Shown: positions 11,916 to 27,689, counted from the stretch's first letter. The stretch is 64,000 nucleotides of DNA from Moniliella sp. 'wahieum' (GCA_003971905.1 RSEE01000001.1:682001-746000), one strand, 5' to 3'. The notes: generated by a model from the letters alone, not told the origin. A program made the numbers and translations.

Positions 11916-13665
11916 TCAACATCTAAGAATGTTGTTAGCCTTTGAGTGATGGGAGTGCAACCAACAGCACTGGGCTGGTCGGCCGGGAATTGATGACCTA
12001 TACGATGAAAAGCAAAAACCCATGCCACGGCAGAGCCTGCAGAGACGACACAAACAGATTGTGTACAATGCTTTTGCGAACCAAAAATGGCTCGAAGAAG
12101 AAAAGGAGGTATCGCACTCTCGAAATGAAGAAAGAGGGGGATCGATCTTTGCTTCCCGCAGCAATAACTTCATCTCACCTTGGATCAGTGGTCCCATCAA
12201 AATCCTTCTAGAACAGATTAGATATGGCAGTATGCACCACTCGGGTTCGATCGTACCCACCGTCACTCTCGTGGATCCACCCCAACGGATGCCGCTTATT
12301 AGGCAAGGGTGGTGGCCTGGTCCCTCATCTTCTTCCGCGTCGGGCCCTGTGGCGGACCTCCAGTCGATTGAACCAGAGTCGTCAGATCCTGGCTCGGAAT
12401 CCAAGGGTCCATCCCTGAACGCTCCAAAGTTGTCTTGGGCCCGGGTTTGCGACCTGAAAAAGTCTGCGGCGTCCGCGGCATGAATGCGAGGTCGATGCCA
12501 GTGCAGCTCCGAGGAGCGGGGGGGTCGGAAACAGTAGGCAATTGCGGGATTCCTTCTGGCGAGGTAAGATGGAAGCGGATTGGCTCATCCATTCGTTGGT
12601 TATCGGCACGAAAGGAGGGGGAGGGGTGTGGCTTGCTATGTGCTTGTGGGCTTGTGGTCCTGCTCGGTCCAGGCGAGGCCGTGGTAGCTAGAGACGAAGT
12701 GTACGACCCAGGGCTGCCATACGTGGATGCACGGAAGAGTGGGGATGCCTTAGGCGTGGCCGTTTGGCTGGCGGATTGGCTGGGAGTGTGGTCCAAGTTG
12801 GATTCGATCGTGTATGGCACTTGCGCGTAGGTCTGGAGCACATGGGCAGGTGCCAGGATGGGTGTGCGCAAATGATCTTCCGGACCAAAGGAGAAAATGG
12901 GGTTTTCGACAGAGCGGTGCTCAGGAGGTAATGGTGAAGGGATGAGATCAGGCGAGTTGTCGTCGGAATCGCTCGAGTCGGAGGAAGAGGCATCCCTAGC
13001 CAATTCGGCGATTTGGGCAACAAGGGAATCAAGCTCCTGATCCGCCCTGGCCGCTCTTGCATTCCTAAACACCGCACTTGACACACGCTGACGTGCACGA
13101 CATGAGCGGGAACCAGACTGAGGGAGAGGAACCGGGATGGTATCCGGCGCATTGACTCGACCTAAGCAAGGCGATGTAGTCATTGCTTCGGCCAAGGCTA
13201 GTTCCAACGTTCGTTGGGCAGAGATGGAGGCGGTGGGGTGTGGCGATAACGAGAGGAAAATGTCGGCTTGACTTGGATCGAGGGGCTAAGGGAAGTGGAA
13301 GGGGCGTAGAGGTGGGAAGCATCGGCTCGCGCCCGGCCAAAAGCTGGCACAGCGAGGACGGGCTGCTCTTTTGCGATCCTTATCAACCGCGTGGCCGAAG
13401 AGTTGTTGTCTTCTTGGGATGTGAAGTCGGGCAAGTGCGGAGGACCCTCGAGCGAAGCATCATTTAGGGTGACCCGAGGAGGGGGATGCGAGAAAAGATC
13501 CTTGCTGCGCCTCTTTCGCCCAAGGCCCCGAGGTGTCCATCGGTCCCAGGTTAAGGTACTCCTGGGCAAATAGGTGGCTCCCATAATGTTGGCGGAGGCG
13601 GCGTGCGGAGGGTGCGATGGCACCAGGACAGCATCGTCCAACATCTCCGTGTCACGGAGGTCCAT
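11916..13665 (-). CDS. Hypothetical Pro/Ser-rich protein (orphan), frameshifted
   Basis: Three overlapping minus-strand ORFs (13198..13665, 12299..13207, 11916..12404) tile end to end with protein-like low-complexity composition; no recognisable domain. Confidence 0.4.
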
Positions 13666-14354
13666 CGGGGCTGTCTTGCGCAGAGGTTAGGGCGGGCCGG
13701 GGCCAAGGCGGGAGGGAGGGAGAGCACAGATGGAGAAGTGGTGGTGGTGAACGAGGGTGAGCCGAGAGAAAATGGCTGTCGACCGAAACTACACTTGTCG
13801 CCCCGCCTATGGGCCGGCCAGCTGTGTCTGAGCTGTCCAGCGCGGCCGCGGGGGCAGGCGGACTGCGAGAGGCTGTCGAAAGGGGCGTTTGCGGGGCAGA
13901 GGCGAGCGCGGGGCTGAGCACCGCTGAGCGCTGGCTGCCGAGATCTGAGACTCGGCACGGCGGCCGGTGCCCATGGAATTGGATATTGGATGTGGCCCAG
14001 CCGCCTCCACACGTACTAGCAGCTCTTCTGCCCCTCTCGCGCGTTCTTGCGCGCGGGCGTGAAAGAGACGTGTGGCGGGGACGATCGCGCTCATACATTT
14101 ACCCCACCGTGTGCAGGATGGCTCCGTCCCGCCTAACTACTTGGTTAATTCGAGGTCGACCAGAGATGAAAAGATGAATCTGTGGAGGAAGATTGCACAT
14201 GTCTATCGATGCAATCCATCCCAGCCAGCCCATGCCGCAGCACATCCACGCTGCCTACGCAGTCCCTACTCCAACCGACACGCCATCCACTAGCTCTTTG
14301 GGGCGCCCGGTGAGCGCTCAGGCTGTTGTGCATTCGCGTATTATGTTATTTGCG

Positions 14355-16942
14355 TCAGGCCCAATCGTACTCGTCGCTCGGCCCTCCCTCGCACGCTCAC
14401 ACTCGGCTTGGTCCGCCCGCCAGACACGCACAGTCAAGTCGTCGGCCGCACTGGCTAGCGTCGGCACCCCGGCCCCTTCGGCCCAAGACAGCGAGTTGAC
14501 CTCAAAGCTGGACGCACACACAAACGTCAGATCAGTAACCAGACATAGCAACCCCGAAGAACACAAGCCAAACGACGTACCCATCATTGTGGCCGCCCGA
14601 CAGAGCATGGCTCGTCCCATTCGTCCCGGCCCTTATAAGTGAACGTTTTTGCCCGCTGACAAGCTCGGCCGAGGCGGCGAGCTCGAGGCCAACGTGTCAA
14701 ACAGCACCACATCCCATATTGCCGCCCACCGCCAAGATGCCGTGGGTGGCACTGGCAGCGAGGGGGGTGAGCACCGTACTATCCTTGAGTAGCGGATGAG
14801 CCAACACGGCTCCTCCAAGAGGAGTGGCCAGGTCGGCCATAGACGCACCATACACCTTCCCGTCCGTCGCCGACGCATACACGATCCCCTCACTCACAGC
14901 CAGGCCCGACACGCCGGGTGCGGAGCCTGCACGTCGTGTTTGAGCTCAAGTCGTGTGATACTTCTTGGGAGCGATACGAAGAATGCCGGATTTGGACCGC
15001 TGGACACGGGCTTGCCATCCCTTGGCCGTTCGTCGGTCTAGGGCCCGACTTGCCTCGTTGGGACAGGCAGGCAAGCCCGTGTCAGGGTCCGCGCCCGCCC
15101 ATACGTTCAATTTCCTCCAGAAGACGTTCGTCGGCCATTTCGGGCGTGAAACATGTCGTCGCCTCCTCCGCCTCCCCTTGCGCCTCCTCGCTCAGGGGAG
15201 TCAGCAAAGCATCTTGCGCTGGCGCGCGCAGGTCCCACTTGCGCAAAATTGTATCCTTGGCACAGGACGTAACTAGCGCATGTGTTTGCCAGGGTACAAA
15301 TTCGAGTCCTGTCACGCTGGGGGCGAAAGGCGGGTTGGGTTGGTCAATCGACGGCCGCCTGGGGTGCACAGGGCGCTGGATCCCACGTGAGCGCCCCAGA
15401 GAGAGAGCACGGCAGAGTGGCAGATTGGTTCTTCTCCCGCCCCCCCGCGCGGCTCGGACGAAAGGGGTGGCAGCCGAGTGTCAAACAAAGGATTGCCCGT
15501 CCCGTCCGACGGAGCTGAAGAGACGGCCATCGGAGTGCCGATCAAATGCCAAGGCTCGCGAGGGGTTCCCGTTGCACCAGCGTAGGTAGCGAGCAAGCAG
15601 CTGCGCTCCACATCAAACAGGTTGATGCGGTAATCCGCCGTCGCAGCCGCCAAAACACGATCGTCAGGCCGCCAAGCGACTTGGAAGAAGGCTGCTGGCG
15701 CTTGGAGCACCGTGCGGGTGGGCCAGCCCGAGTACAGTTGGGTGCCTTTGCCTGCATACGCTTCCAGACGGACATGGGGCACATATTCGTTGCTGGCAAC
15801 ACACGTGTCGACCAGTCGGATTGTATTGTCGTCACCACAGATGGCGAGCCATTCACGCGCCGAGCCATACGCGCCCCCGCCACGCCCAGCCGAGTGCGCA
15901 TATACGCACCGCAGAGGAGCGGTCAGATCTTCGTCCAAACTCATCCCAAACCCTTGCACCGTCTCATGGCTCAAGAGAAGATCCGGGTCGCCATTGTAGG
16001 CACGCATCACCCATCGGCCGCGAGCACGGGTCGAGCCAAAGCTTTGAAGCAACGGAGGCGGTTGGCTACATTGAATCAGAAAGTGTCCCGAGTCGCAGGT
16101 ACGAGGGAGGGAACGTACTGAATTTTAGAGGAGAAAACAATGGTGGTCCACCAAACCCATTCGAGCGCAGCTTATAAACCACGTCCAGCGCCGCAGGCTG
16201 ACCGAAGACCGATTGTCCTCCCCACCCGAGTCCAGTAGCAGACTGGGCCAACGCACTTGAAAGGGCAACTGATCAGGAAAGACCCCCGAAAAGGGATTGT
16301 TGTGTTGGGGAGCAAGGGGGTAAGGTTGGCCTACCTGTGGCGTTTTATCGTCCTTTCAGGTGAAGGCTCATGGACCATGCTGGTAGGAGGAGAAAGCGAT
16401 CCATCAGCCATGTCTTCGTCCCGCTCGCTATCGTAAGGCACCGGAGAAATGCAGTAGGACGAGGGGCTAGAGGGTGCAGCATGCCGACGGAGGTGACGAA
16501 GTGGGCGTGGAAAGCGTCGTGTTGGCGAAAGAACAGTGAAATTCTCGCCCTCTCCACTACTGCCTTCACTCGACTCGATCCGTCTTGGACTCAGGGGTCG
16601 ACTGGGGAGGGCAAGAGTTGGCGCGTGTTGGCGTAAGGAGGGCGAAATGGGTGCAGTGATAGGTTGGCGCCGGCCTCTTACCCCGAAGCGTATTCGGGGA
16701 TGGGAAGAGGAAGCATGGTTTGGATTCCGGATGGAACCAGTGTGCCGGGCCTCGGGGTAAGGGGAGAATCGCCGACCGCTGGCGGAGTTCCTGTCGCTGT
16801 CTGTAGCGGACGAGGCGTGGGAAGCGGCCTTGGGGATGCGCTGAACGGTACGCGGCGTGACTCGGCAGGGAGAAGGGGCGGCATGAAACGGGGATACGCG
16901 TGATGCTGACCCAGCGGAGGGCGAGGGCGGGGTCCCGACCAT
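14355..16942 (-). CDS. WD40-repeat protein, Cdt2/DTL-like (CRL4 substrate receptor), frameshifted
   Basis: WD repeats FQVAWRPDDRVLAAATADYRINLFDV, SVTGLEF...LVTSCAKDTILRKWDLR and FEVNSLSW...LASAADDLTVRVWR, with a disordered N-terminus and a probable ...YDWA* end, matching fungal Cdt2 architecture. Probable intron about 16257-16334. Confidence 0.65.
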
Positions 16943-17553
16943 TGTGCCGGCGGTGGGGACGAGACAGACGCGCGTGGAGGGCAGAGAAGAGAGGGGGAAA
17001 AGGCACGACGCGGTGGCCCCTTTCGAGCTCGCGGAGCGCGTCGCCATTTTCGGGCCCAAGCGCCGCGTTCCGGGTTGTTCAAATTTCAATACGACGTAAT
17101 ACGACTGAAATGTTCGTTTTCGACGGCCCCGGTGTCCCGATTTCTGTGCTGCGTGCGTGTGATTTTGAATGGGGATCGACATTTCCAACCCCTCGATCGA
17201 AGAACACGCGCTGCTTCGGGGCCCCCGCCTACGCTTCCACATCGCCCTCAGGCCTCACTCCCCACTCCTCACCGCCCCGCTCGACTCCGTGGCGAGACAC
17301 TATATTAAACTGTCTGTAGAATCCCCAGTGGTTACCATCAATGCCCAAATTGCTGCTTGAATCACATAGAAAAGATGAGAGTAGTGAAGCTGAAGCTTGG
17401 AATCCAAAGGGGAGAGAGTGATACGGATGGACGGAAACAGACTCATAGTGGACGAGATAGGGCTAAGGGGAAAGGACACAGAGGGGCCAGGGGAAAGGGG
17501 TATGCAACGTGCGAAAGCGGAGGGAAGCGAAAGGGGCAGCGGGGCAGACGCGT

Positions 17554-19717
<2,164 letters not shown>

Positions 19718-20199
19718 GGTGGGGGGGGTGCGTGGGCGGGCCAGAGACGGGTGGGGGTGGGGAGGAGGGGCGGGCGGGGGCGGGCGGGCTTTTATGAGGA
19801 GGGCGGCGCGGCGGGGAGCAGCTGACACGGTGGCACGTTGCCACGTGTTGAATTCGTTGATCCCAGCCGCTGGGCGACGAGGTGGAGCAAGCGGCGACAC
19901 TGCGCCCTGCCGCCGCCCGCCGCTGCTCCCCCGGAGGTCCGCCGCGGCCAGGCAGGCGCGGGCCGCAGCCGCACGGCGCCTGTCTGCCGTCGATGGTCGC
20001 CCAACCTGGCCTGGGGCTGCGGTGGGCCTGCGGTGGCCTGCGGGTGCCAGCGGGTGCTGCGGCGGCCTGCACTGCCCAGACCCACCCCTCGCCTCGGGCG
20101 CAGTCTTTGCTGCGCTGCTCTGCTCCGCAGTGCGCCTTGCGTGCACAGCCGCCCCCTTCCACGCACGGCGCCTGTTTGTCGCTGGCGAGGCAGCCCGAA

Positions 20200-20217
20200 T
20201 GCATGATGCATGATGCA
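20200..20217. repeat. Heptad array TGCA-(TGA-TGCA)x2
   Basis: Read directly from the sequence; upstream of GFA1. Confidence 0.8.
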
Positions 20218-21258
20218 TGGTGCAGCCCCTTGCAGCCGCCCAGCAGCTCGACGCACTTGACGCTGGATCGATGATCGGCGATCGATGAGGCCAAATTCCA
20301 TCCCAGTCGCCATTGGCAAACTTTGGCTGCTGCGCTGGGTTAGGTAACGCGCCCCGCCCTGTTTGCGTGTCAATGTCAGGTCCAGGGAGGCCGCATGAAG
20401 GATGGAGGGATCGGCAACGACACCACCGTCGTCAGCTGTGCAGCTGCTCAGCCGCGTCCACCGCTCACTCCATCAATTGGCATTCTATGGTACCAACACA
20501 TCGGCTTGTGCCTCCACAACTGTGCCCGTTCGAAGTTAGACTGCCGTCGGCGGACCATCCTCACTCCACTCGGCAAAGGACAAGCCCAGGCGTGCCTTCC
20601 CACGCGCAACTCGTCCTCGGAAGCAGCTCAGTTCCAGCAGTGCAGACCCTTCCACTACCATCCCCCATCTCCTCCTTGGCCAGCTGTGCTTCTTTGTACT
20701 CGGCCTCTGCTATTCGTTCCTATTGAACTTCAACATTGCTGCTTCCCCATTCTCCTCAGTCTCAGTCCATGGCACCCAACAACCTCCATATATATGCTCA
20801 ACTCCTGCATCACAATTTGTCCCCTTCTCGCTCTCACACCCACCCACTCACTACCATCTCTACTTGAACTAGATAGAACAACAAAATAATGGGCTTTCGA
20901 TTTATTAAAATGAGTCTTTCGCCCTTCTGGAAAAAAGGAAGCGGGACGATAACGATTCACAGAGACGTAGAGAAAGGAGATGAATGCCAAGGGCGGTAAA
21001 AGTACATGAGTGGTACACGACAAGTAAATACATGACGCTCAAACGGGTCGCAGAAAGGAAGCACTCGGGAGGTGCTGTTGCGTGCGGGATGGGAAAAAGG
21101 CATCGGCCCACCCTGATCGGGCGTCATAGGCCTAGAGGGGTGGCCTCTAGCCTGAGGGCAACGGGAGGAAAGTAAATGCAAGGCACAAAAAATGAAGAAC
21201 CAATGTCCAGCCTGGTAAGTCGGTCACTTGAAAAAAGGGGGCAAGGCGAGACAACGCA

Positions 21259-21900
21259 TCAGAGACCAGATCTCTCACAGTCCATCTGAGCCGCCTCGTC
21301 CTCATCGCTAAACTCCAAGTCCGACACGTCCGACATTTCTTCTTCTTCGCTCTCTTCCTCTTCCGCCTGCTGGCGTGCACCACGTCGCCAGAGGCGTACC
21401 GGCGGACATAATCCTTGACGCGCTGGTTGTAGAGCTCTGGGTGGCTCAAATACAGCGCTGCCGCCTCGCCGTTCAGGGGGTCGCTAGCGTTGGGGTAACG
21501 AAGTAGATGGGGGAGAAAGAGGGTAAAGATGTTCTCGAGCTGGTAAAGCGGGGTCCAGGACTGATTGATCACGTCGAGGCAGACGGAGCCGGACACTTCG
21601 TCAATGTTGGGATGGAATATGCGGTTCTTGAAGCCGATCGAAGGGGATTTGTATGGATAATCTTCCGGCAATTCAACATGTACCTTCCACACCCCTTCAG
21701 AAAAGGGAGCTGCGAAAGCATCACGGTCAGCATTGTGATTGAGTGGATAGGGGGCAGCAATGGCCTCTACACATACTTTCGGCCGGGCCCGTGAACGGAC
21801 GTAAAAGTCGCGCATGTTGCTGTCGTTGACCAGTTCAACCTCATAGTCGGATTGGAGCAGGCGGATGACATCTGTCTCCATGCGGCGTCGGGGAAGACAT
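21259..21900 (-). CDS. UBC8: Ubiquitin-conjugating enzyme E2, Ubc8/UBE2H type
   Basis: [58 protein letters not shown] (catalytic Cys); acidic tail. Intron 21710-21776 (GTATGT..GCTGAC..CAG). Confidence 0.93.
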
Positions 21901-22352
21901 GGCGAAGGGAGGTGGGAGATGGTGGTTGGGACAGGAGGTTGGGCTGGACTGAGTTGGCGGGGCTGGCTGGGGACCGACAGGGTGGCTGGCTGGCCGAGGT
22001 TATCATATCACGCTCCAGGCTCCGGTATTTAGATCTCAGAGCCGCAGGCAGTATGCCCCTGTGTATTAGCTAAGCGACGGGGTGGGCCTGGTACCGGTTA
22101 CCGGTTCTCGATTATCGATCCTCGATCCCCCGAGCAGGATCATCGATCGATCATCGATCATCCATCGTTCGGAGATGCGATCGTATGGGCGTGATGCATG
22201 GCGTCAGCCAGCCACTGCAGTCACGTGCGTGTGCAGAGGCTGGCAGTCAGAACCGGGGCTGGTTACTCCGTAACGCTCCACACCACAGACGCTGCCACCA
22301 TCGCTGGCTGGCTGCTCCGCGTGTTGCTTGTCTGGATGTCGCACATCCAGAC

Positions 22353-22670
22353 TCAGCCATGTATGGCGCATGCGCTGGGCTTGCTTCGGTGGCTATCCTG
22401 CCCGCTGGACGTGGTTAAGATGCAGCTCCAAGCCCAGGGTGCTTTCTCGTCCCTGGCCCATCAAAGAAAGGATTGGTGGACATGGGACAGCAGGTTTGGA
22501 AAAAGATAGGTATTCGGCTTCTACAAGGGTACGGGAATCAACCGTTTCCGTACCCTACCCAACTCGGCCGTGTGGTGATCTTGACCTGCGTTTTCCACCC
22601 GTTGCGCTTTCCCGGCCTCTGACCCGTTCTGCGTCGTTGACAGACCGAACTGATGATGCAACGTTTCCTC
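22353..22670 (+). pseudogene. Collapsed mitochondrial carrier remnant (NAD+ transporter Ndt1/Yia6-like)
   Basis: SAMYGACAGLASVAI/CPLDVVKMQLQAQG resembles the repeat-1 signature GAxAG...CPLDVxKTRLQAQG. It is followed by KGLVDMGQQVWKKIG../FYKGTGINRFRTLPNSAV (repeat-3-like GFYxG..NxxRTxPxSA), a probable intron and TELMMQRFL. Roughly one third of a carrier. Confidence 0.7.
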
Positions 22671-23864
22671 TTTTCCATGATGGACAATCCCTCCGAGCTG
22701 ACCGCCATTCGTCCACTGATCACAGAGGAGACGAACCGTCGACTTGCTTCTTTTTTCCACATGCATCTTCCCCATTCACTGGACGCCGTTCATTCGGCTC
22801 TTACGATCCCTTCTTATATCTTCCCTCCCTGTTACACATGCTTGTACCTCTCTTGTACTTTGCGTCGCTCGCCTCACTTGCACACTGTGGTCTCTCGGCG
22901 CTCACTTGGTCTGTGGACAGGTCGTCTTCCGGGGCCTGGCGGGCCTGGGCTGCGGGGGTGATGGGCTGGTAATGAACCGATAAGGTCTGCTCTTGGGCCA
23001 TTGTGAACAACCTTTTGGTCCTCTTCTTACATAACGCGTAACGTGAGAAGATGCGAGCGGGGGGGGAAGGGGAGTCGGAGTTCAGAGGCTGTGCTTGTCA
23101 CAGATACTGGAGAGCTGGGACGCCGGTGGGAGTCTGAAGCTCAGGGGGAAGTCGGGCAGAGGAAAGAAGCATGGAGCCAAGGCGGGGGGTGATGGGGTAC
23201 CGTTCGTTTGGTGGGACATTGGGATGCAGCATTCGACAACTGTGACGTCGTCGCAGGTGCGGAGCATGGGCCAGAGGCCCATGTACCGGCCGCTTCGGGC
23301 TCAGATCCACATGTGAGAGCTCTGGCTCGGACTGGCCTCGTTTGCATCTGCACGTGACCTAACACGTGACCAGTAGGGAGTGCAGCTGCTCCTAGGTCTT
23401 TGGCGCAGGCGCCCAGGCGCTCAGGAGGCTGCTGCCGGGTGCTGCCAGACTGAGCCTGGGAGATCTGAGCGGATCGGATCGATCGCTACCGGCAGAAGAA
23501 GTTCCCGGTGCGGGCACCCAAGGTACACTGGCCTGGTGCGTGACCCCCGTCGTCGGAAATGCGAGCGTAACACAGGCGCCATGGCCTGCCCTGCACCTGG
23601 GAGAGGCTGCAGGGGGCGAGTCAGGGTGTGTGCTGAGCCGCACCGCTGAGGCAGTGCCTGGCAGTGCTGAACGCTGGGATGTCGCGGAGTGCTGACATGT
23701 GCCACGCTGCCCCCTGCAGCGGTGGGCGGGGTGGAGGCACGGCAGCGCACAGCCTGCAGCGGCAGGATGGCAGTGCAGCCGGCGAAAAAGAGCACTGCAG
23801 CGCCTCCACCATCCGCCTCTGGCGAGCACCGCACCGCGTCCTCTTCTTTCGGGTGGCCGCCGCC

Positions 23865-26800
23865 ATGGCTCCTCCTTCTGCGGTCATGCCCTTCATCGAC
23901 CCCTCCCATCGCCGCCTCCGCCGCCGTCGCCGCCACCGCCGCCCAGGCTTGCTCGCTTCGCTCTGGCCGCTGTGGCGTCCTAGGCTTCCTCAGCTCTGCA
24001 GCCGCCCACCGGCCCCAGCCCTCCTCCCCCCGCCAGCAGAACGGCGGCCTGCAAGGCAGCGGTGCCGGGCCTGGCCATGCAACTCGGGTTCTGGTGCTGA
24101 CGTGACTCCCAACATCCCTGCGCTCTCCTTTACCAACCAGGCAGAGCCGTGGCTGTTCAAAGCGCCTTACTCCACCGACGGCAACCGCACCGTCGCACCT
24201 GGCCGCCACAACATGCACACTACCGACATCTCATTTTCTTCCTGTGACATCCAGGCGAGCCAGATCGTCGAACCCGACGCACGCATCAACATCTCTGCGG
24301 TCTTTGTCCACACCAACCCTTCCAACCATACCCCGGCTCTCCCGCTCAGGGCGAGCTCAAAATTGTAGCCCTTGGTGCCATCAATACCTTGACGAACGCC
24401 GTCCAAAACGGCTCACCTTGTCAGTACGTACCTCTTCCACTTCCCTTGCAGGGAAGCATATTGCTGATGCTCCCTCCCTCAGGCTCGGTCGAGATAGACC
24501 CAACTTTCTCACCTTCCCAGTCCCTACAAGCTGGAGAGTTTATGTGACCGCATCTGGCCTGTTGGTCCCGACAATAGCCACCCTTTGGCTGGGCAGTATC
24601 AGTCCTGCAGCTACGGCCCTGGCCAAGTTGCGTTTGGTGTGTCAGTGCCGTTGGAGCACGAGTACGTCCTGGGCTCGATCCAAACACGCATCCGCATCAG
24701 CGATTCATCCACCCAGCTCGGACCATCAGCTGCGTTGATGTGGTGTTTCGCCATATAAGCAACATGCATGGTACTGGGATTTGTTCCTCTGGCTCCCCGC
24801 TGCGCTTGTGATTGCCTACTTTGTTTGGCTACCGTTTCGCGAACGGTCACATCGATTACCCTGCAAAACTTGGCTTTTAAACACAGGCTCGACCTGGAGG
24901 CGAGCCCAACTTGTGGAAGGACAAGGTTGGCGCCGACTGTGACCGATGTGCTGGGTGGTAGTCGGTTATTCAGAGCCCTGCGCTGCTGCGCTTTGTTACA
25001 CCTGGCTTTGCCGACCTGTTGCTCTACATCCAGTTTGTCAGTGTCCTAAGCATGATGGCTGTGCGCTGGCCCGAGTATGCCTATCCCCTTTCGCCAAACT
25101 GCCTGGGCGTCGCTCTGGGCAACGTAACCCTCGTCCAACCACGGGGGAGCCGACGCCCAGCGTGAGTAGCAACGCTTTCCTCCCCGCGACCTCGGCCAAC
25201 TCGCCTGACTTTGCAACGCAAATGACGACCAACCAGTCCAGTCCGCTTTACCTCGACCACAGATGCCCAATACGTTCCTCAACCTCAATGGCTCCTTGTA
25301 TGGCATGGAAAGTTATGCGCGCATGCTCGGCTTGCGGGCTGTGGACGTGTTTGGCACCACGACGGCCATCTGGCTCATCATGATCGGTGTGGTGACCATT
25401 GCCAGTCTGGTGGTCTGGATCCTCGACAGGGGCTACACTCGCTCCCTCCACCGCCGGCAGCGGGACCAGGGATACTCTTTTGATCTGAGCGATCCAGCGA
25501 GCGAGCCAGAAAAGGGAGGACACGGACGACTGAACCAGACTCTCCAACGCCTATTTGGCTCCCACATTAATGCCTACATGGGCAACCTTCTGCGCCTGTT
25601 GGTTTTGTTTCACTTGCCACTGACCATTACGAGCGTTTACCACTTCAGCAACTTTGCCTCGTCCCATCCCGGCACCACGGCTTGCGCCGCTCTCTCATTT
25701 GCCTCTTTTGCGTTTTGGCGCCGGTCTTTGCTTTGGCGGCTGTGCGCACATGAGGCGTCAGTACTGTGGTCAGACAAGCAGCTGCTTCTGAGTTATGGAC
25801 CGTTGTACAACTACTATGACGGCAACTCCCACTTTTTCCCCATCATCACTTTCGCCCACTCCCTCGTCTTGGGCATCGTGATTGGCGCCGGCCAAAAGAG
25901 CGGCTCGACGCAAGCAATCATAATGCTCGTCCTCGAGCTCCTCTTGGCATTAGCTTACATCCTCTGGCTGCCCTGGGGCGATGGGGCCGCAATGGCGCCA
26001 TTGAGTTTCATGTGGAGCGTGGCTCGGATCTCGACGGCTGTCCTCGTGCTGCTTCTTAGTTCCTTGATTGACTTATCTACTCCGGCACGCGGGTGGATCA
26101 CTTATGTCCTCTTCCTCATTCAAGCCATCGTGGCGGCCGGGTTTGTCTTGCTTTTGTTGGTCAAGCTGGTGGAGGCACTGGTACGCATTGCTTGGCACGT
26201 CGTTTGACGACAATAAGTCTTCTCGCAACACTGGCTTGGGCGGCACGATGCACCGCATCCGTCGACGCAAGTACAAAACCCGCCTTGTATCCCATCGGAA
26301 GAAACCCAAGGCGCAACCGGTACCGCCCCGAAGCCGGACGCCCAGCATGACGCTGATGGGCTCCAAGGTGACTCCGAACGATTATTCATCCGGCCCCTTT
26401 GCCGCCTATTTTGCTTCCGAGTCCACTGATGAGGGGGGGATCATGTCTGCCCTCCCGCCTTTGCGTCGGGAAGGGGACCAAGGGGAGACGAAACCCAATG
26501 GCTTTGTCCGTCTGGGTGGTGGTCGTGCGACGGACGAGGGAGCGATACCGTACGACACGGCCGTCTTTGGTGGCGAGTCAGCCGGCTCGTCCCGCGAGCG
26601 CGTGGACAAGCGCTTTGGCCGGGGGCTGTGGTGGCGTCGTGTCGCGCTCGATTCGGATCACGAGACGCTGAGCTCGTCGGACGAGGAGGATGGTGTGGAG
26701 GAGGCAGCGGGCTCCCGCCCTTCTGCTGCCACATCCAAATCCAAATGGGGTTTCTTCCGCCGCTTGGCTCCCAAGCGCCCCGCGCCAGTGACACGGAGGA

Positions 26801-27576
26801 GACCAACGAGTTGACACCCATGTCGGTCGGGACAGAGAGCACGCCTGGATTTTCGGTCGTGCGTCCTCCCAGGGGCACCCTTTCTGCTCTTGCTGCCGCA
26901 GGCGAACCCGAGGCGAACCCCACGACGAAGGAGGCAGCCGCCACACCTGCCTCGACTGGAATGCAGCTCGAGGTGGTTCCCGATGGCGCCATGTCTTCCA
27001 AAGCAGGGAGCGTGGCAAGTGGATCGCAAGGGAGCAAGCAAGCGTTCCGCAGCGCGTCGGTTGCGACGGCAGGTACGCTCGACTCGGAGCCAGGCACGCC
27101 TCGGAGCGCGCATGTCAAGGCCCAGATCCGGACCCCGCAACAACTCTACTCCCTTTCCGAGAGCACCCATTCCTCCGAGCCCATGTCGGACAGCATGTTT
27201 TGGCTGCCGTCCGACTCGCCTGAATTCCAAGCGGCCCTCACGCCGGCGCCTCGCCTTCGCACCCGCCGCATCTCCCCGGCACCCAGGAGCGGAAAGGGAG
27301 CCGGAGCGGATCCACTCTTCTGCCCCTCGGGTCCCCTCCCACTTGGCAGCGACCCACGGCCCCTCGGCGCCCATCTCGGCTGCCGACATGTATTCCACTG
27401 CCGATCCCGTGGAACGAGTTTCGTCGCCTGTGCGATCTGCCGCGCCCAGCCAGGGCTTGGTTCACCTTGCCTCCCAGGGCAGGAACAAGTCGAGTGGAAG
27501 CGTGAACGCAAGCATGCACTCGCGCCGCATCGTCGAAGGCCAAAGCGCCGAAGTTTTGATGCTGGACGAGGAGTAA
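23865..27576 (+). CDS. TRP-like ion channel / flavin carrier (FLC/Pkd2 family) membrane protein, frameshifted
   Basis: ORF 25263..26207 has multiple transmembrane helices with family-like motifs (GMESYARMLG, LLLSYGPLYNYY, VIGAGQKSGSTQAII); probable luminal N-terminal domain; long disordered C-terminal tail. Confidence 0.75.
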
Positions 27577-27662
27577 CATGGTGGGCTTACACCAATTGGA
27601 CATTTCCCTCTCATCCCCTTCCCCCCCTTGCCCGCATCTACCATATGTCATCTGCCGTCTAC

Positions 27663-27689
27663 CATCTGCCATCTGCCATCTGCCATCTG
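27663..27689 (+). repeat. Heptamer tandem repeat (CCATCTG)n
   Basis: About four copies plus two degenerate upstream copies just after the FLC-like stop. Confidence 0.8.

Noticed and set aside
20390..20640. Faint resemblance (GILWYQHIG..LH..AQLVL) to a ubiquitin C-terminal hydrolase remnant
   Set aside because: The catalytic NACG motif is absent and the similarity is too weak to support without a profile search.
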